Of a DNA stretch of 64,000 nt, positions 61,907 through 64,000 are shown piece after piece. Position 1 is the first letter of the stretch, and the number at the start of each line of letters is the position of its first letter. The stretch is from Octopus sinensis (lineage: Eukaryota): NCBI RefSeq assembly GCF_006345805.1, contig NC_043010.1, positions 31,496,001-31,560,000 on the forward strand. Direction: 5' to 3'. The notes beneath the pieces are model-generated. The model worked only from the letters and a program-made list of their open reading frames with translations. It was not told where the DNA came from and did no database searches. Position numbers and translations under genes: made by a program.

Positions 61907-62465
61907 TTCTACTAAATATATACGTTTTATTGATTATTTTGTACATTACTTAATCATCGGTATGTTTTTTCTTATATTTAATATTTCTATTATATGTAAT
62001 TTTCTAGATGGTGTAATTTAATTTTTCATTTTGAATTGATAAAAGGTGGTTTTTTTCTAATTTATATATATATGTACGTGTGTGTATATGTTTGTGTGTC
62101 TGTCCCCCCAACATCGCTTGACAACCGATGCTGGTGTGTTTACATCCCCGTAACTTAGCTGTTCGGCAAAAATGAACGATAGAATAAGTACTAGGCTTAT
62201 AAAGAATAAGTCCTAGGGTTGATTTGCTCGACTAAAGGTGGTGCTCCAGCATGGCCACAGTCAAATGACTGAAACAAGTTAAAGAGTAGAGGTCACTACT
62301 TGTTACTTTTGAAGTCTTCTTTGAACAATCAGACGCCAGTTTATCTGGAAAGAAACAATACAGTTATTAATTAGAAGAACTGAAATTAACGCATGCAAGG
62401 TTTCACAGCTTTAGCACCACTCATTGTCAGCCTATGAACTTTTCAGCCCACACTCGTATCTCTCT

Positions 62466-62868
62466 CTTTACTCTTTTACTCTTTTATTTGTTTCAGTCAT
62501 TTGACTGCGGCCATGCTGGAGCACCGCTTTTAGTCGAGCAAATCGACCCCGGGACTTATTCTTTGTAAGCCCAGTACTTATTCTATCGGTCTCTTTTGCC
62601 GAACCGCTAAGTGACGGGGACGTAAACACACCAGCATCGGTTGTCAAGCAATGCTAGGGAGACAGACACACAAACACACACACACATATATATATACATA
62701 TATACGATAGGCTTCTTTCAGTTTCCGTCTAACAAATCCACTCACAAGGCATTGGTCGGCCCGGGGCTATAGCAGTAGACATTTGCCCAAGATGCCACGC
62801 AGTGGGACTGAACCCGGAACCATGTGGTTGGTTAGCAAGCTACTTACCACACCGCCACTCCTGCGCCT
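62466..62868 (-). mobile_element. CORE-type SINE family B, full length
   Basis: Same structure as 23713-24133; inverted relative to the partial + strand copy at 62085-62290. Confidence 0.9.
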
Positions 62869-63180
62869 CTAGTTACAAATGTGTAAATACATGTGCACAC
62901 ACACACAAAAAAAGGAAGAAAAACGTACGTCCACACATATACATAATTTTACAGGTCTTTAGACATTTTGAAGGAATATGAAAATATACAGGTAGTAGGG
63001 GTTACGACAAAACGGATAACATGTAATCCCACTCAATTATGTACAATGTGTGAAAGAATGACCAAAGTATCAAATCATGTGAATAATTGGGTAATAAACC
63101 ATTCAAAATGTGACCGCGTGTGTACCGTTGGCGATTTTTTTTCCTCCGTCTTCCCTTCTCTGGATCTTTCCTTCTCCTAT

Positions 63181-63215
63181 GTTTCCGACTAAGAGCTCCA
63201 CTCGAAACGTTAAAC
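63181..63215 (+). ncRNA. Minimal type I hammerhead-like motif with two core substitutions
   Basis: GTTT-CCGACTA-A-GAG(CTCCA)CTC-GAAACGTT-AAAC. Stems I and II pair and stem III is the palindrome AACGTT; the core reads CCGACTA rather than CTGANGA. Confidence 0.6.
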
Positions 63216-64000
63216 CCTCCTTTCCTTTTTTCCTGAGCGTCAAATAATACTATATTTGTTCCACGTCCTCGCGTTGTTGTTTTTTTTTGCTTTCTTGTTT
63301 GGATTAACTTTAATAAATCATATATGTGGATACCCCCCACCCTCAAAAAAAAAAAAACCCTATAAATTAGCAGGATATAACAGGACGCTCAGAGGGATTG
63401 GTAGGATTTGGTTGACTATAATATCAAATGGTCGATCGTTCAGCGTGCGAAGCCTTATAGTGGTTACAACAATAATTGCTCGTTATATATTGCAGAAATT
63501 ATGACAATCATGAACTTTTGCCCAATGTTTTACATTGAACAGTGAGATGGCTTTGAGAGACAATATGTGAAAAGAAACATTTTAAAGCTATTAGCTATTG
63601 CTTCAGTCTCACCAGTCACAAATAACCCCGCCTCTTTCCTTTTTTTGGTATCATATCTCGTTTCTCTTGCATTTTTCATCGGACCATTAAGCTATCCTCT
63701 GTAACTGATGGACTGGACGAAATATGAAGGCGGGACTAGAACTTCTGCTATTTAGGGATTTCATTTTACTGAACGTCTTACTATTATTGGTCGTATTTAT
63801 GTTTGCTTGTTAACCACCGTTTTTCAGTACCTACCCCATAGAAATAGGACTAATAACAGCTAGTCTGTGTTGCTGGTTTGATTCTTGCTTGAAGGCATTT
63901 TGTTTTATTCCGTTTCACGTACCTGCAATATGGGAAACGTGGTTACTTCACATGCTAGAATTAGAGATCAAATATCACTTGAATTATGCCCCACAGTCAT

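Overview
AT-rich (roughly one third GC), microsatellite- and transposon-dense animal genomic DNA. The repeat landscape is consistent with a coleoid cephalopod, probably Octopus (inference from repeat types; not verified by search). The only host gene I can support is a complete 10-exon MAK16 ribosome-biogenesis gene on the + strand. Its CDS is join(16856..16870,23131..23177,26050..26159,28190..28322,29624..29707,35812..35866,37270..37344,46364..46546,52777..52845,60999..61238): 1011 nt, 336 aa, all introns GT-AG and phase-consistent. It has an ETS/E-box promoter and an AATAAA at 61597. The rest is a layered transposon record: RTE, CR1 and R4/Dong-type LINE fragments, a Penelope-like GIY-YIG fragment, two tRNA-derived SINE families, mariner/Tc1/maT fossils, a hAT-Charlie MITE, Helitron- and Helentron-like elements, and piggyBac elements. 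The most unusual observations are: (i) three same-strand, Penelope-type minimal hammerhead-ribozyme motifs around the MAK16 3' end, one only a single base from the canonical core and one inside a GIY-YIG + tRNA-head + hammerhead chimera; (ii) a near-complete piggyBac sitting next to a MITE derived from its own ends; (iii) a piggyBac derivative with a 179-bp triplication; (iv) inverted SINE pairs flanking the in-frame exon 9 and lying just past the poly(A) site. Most ORFs in the supplied track are microsatellite artefacts or transposon fragments. Nothing here establishes a new biological system; the hammerhead cluster is the best lead.
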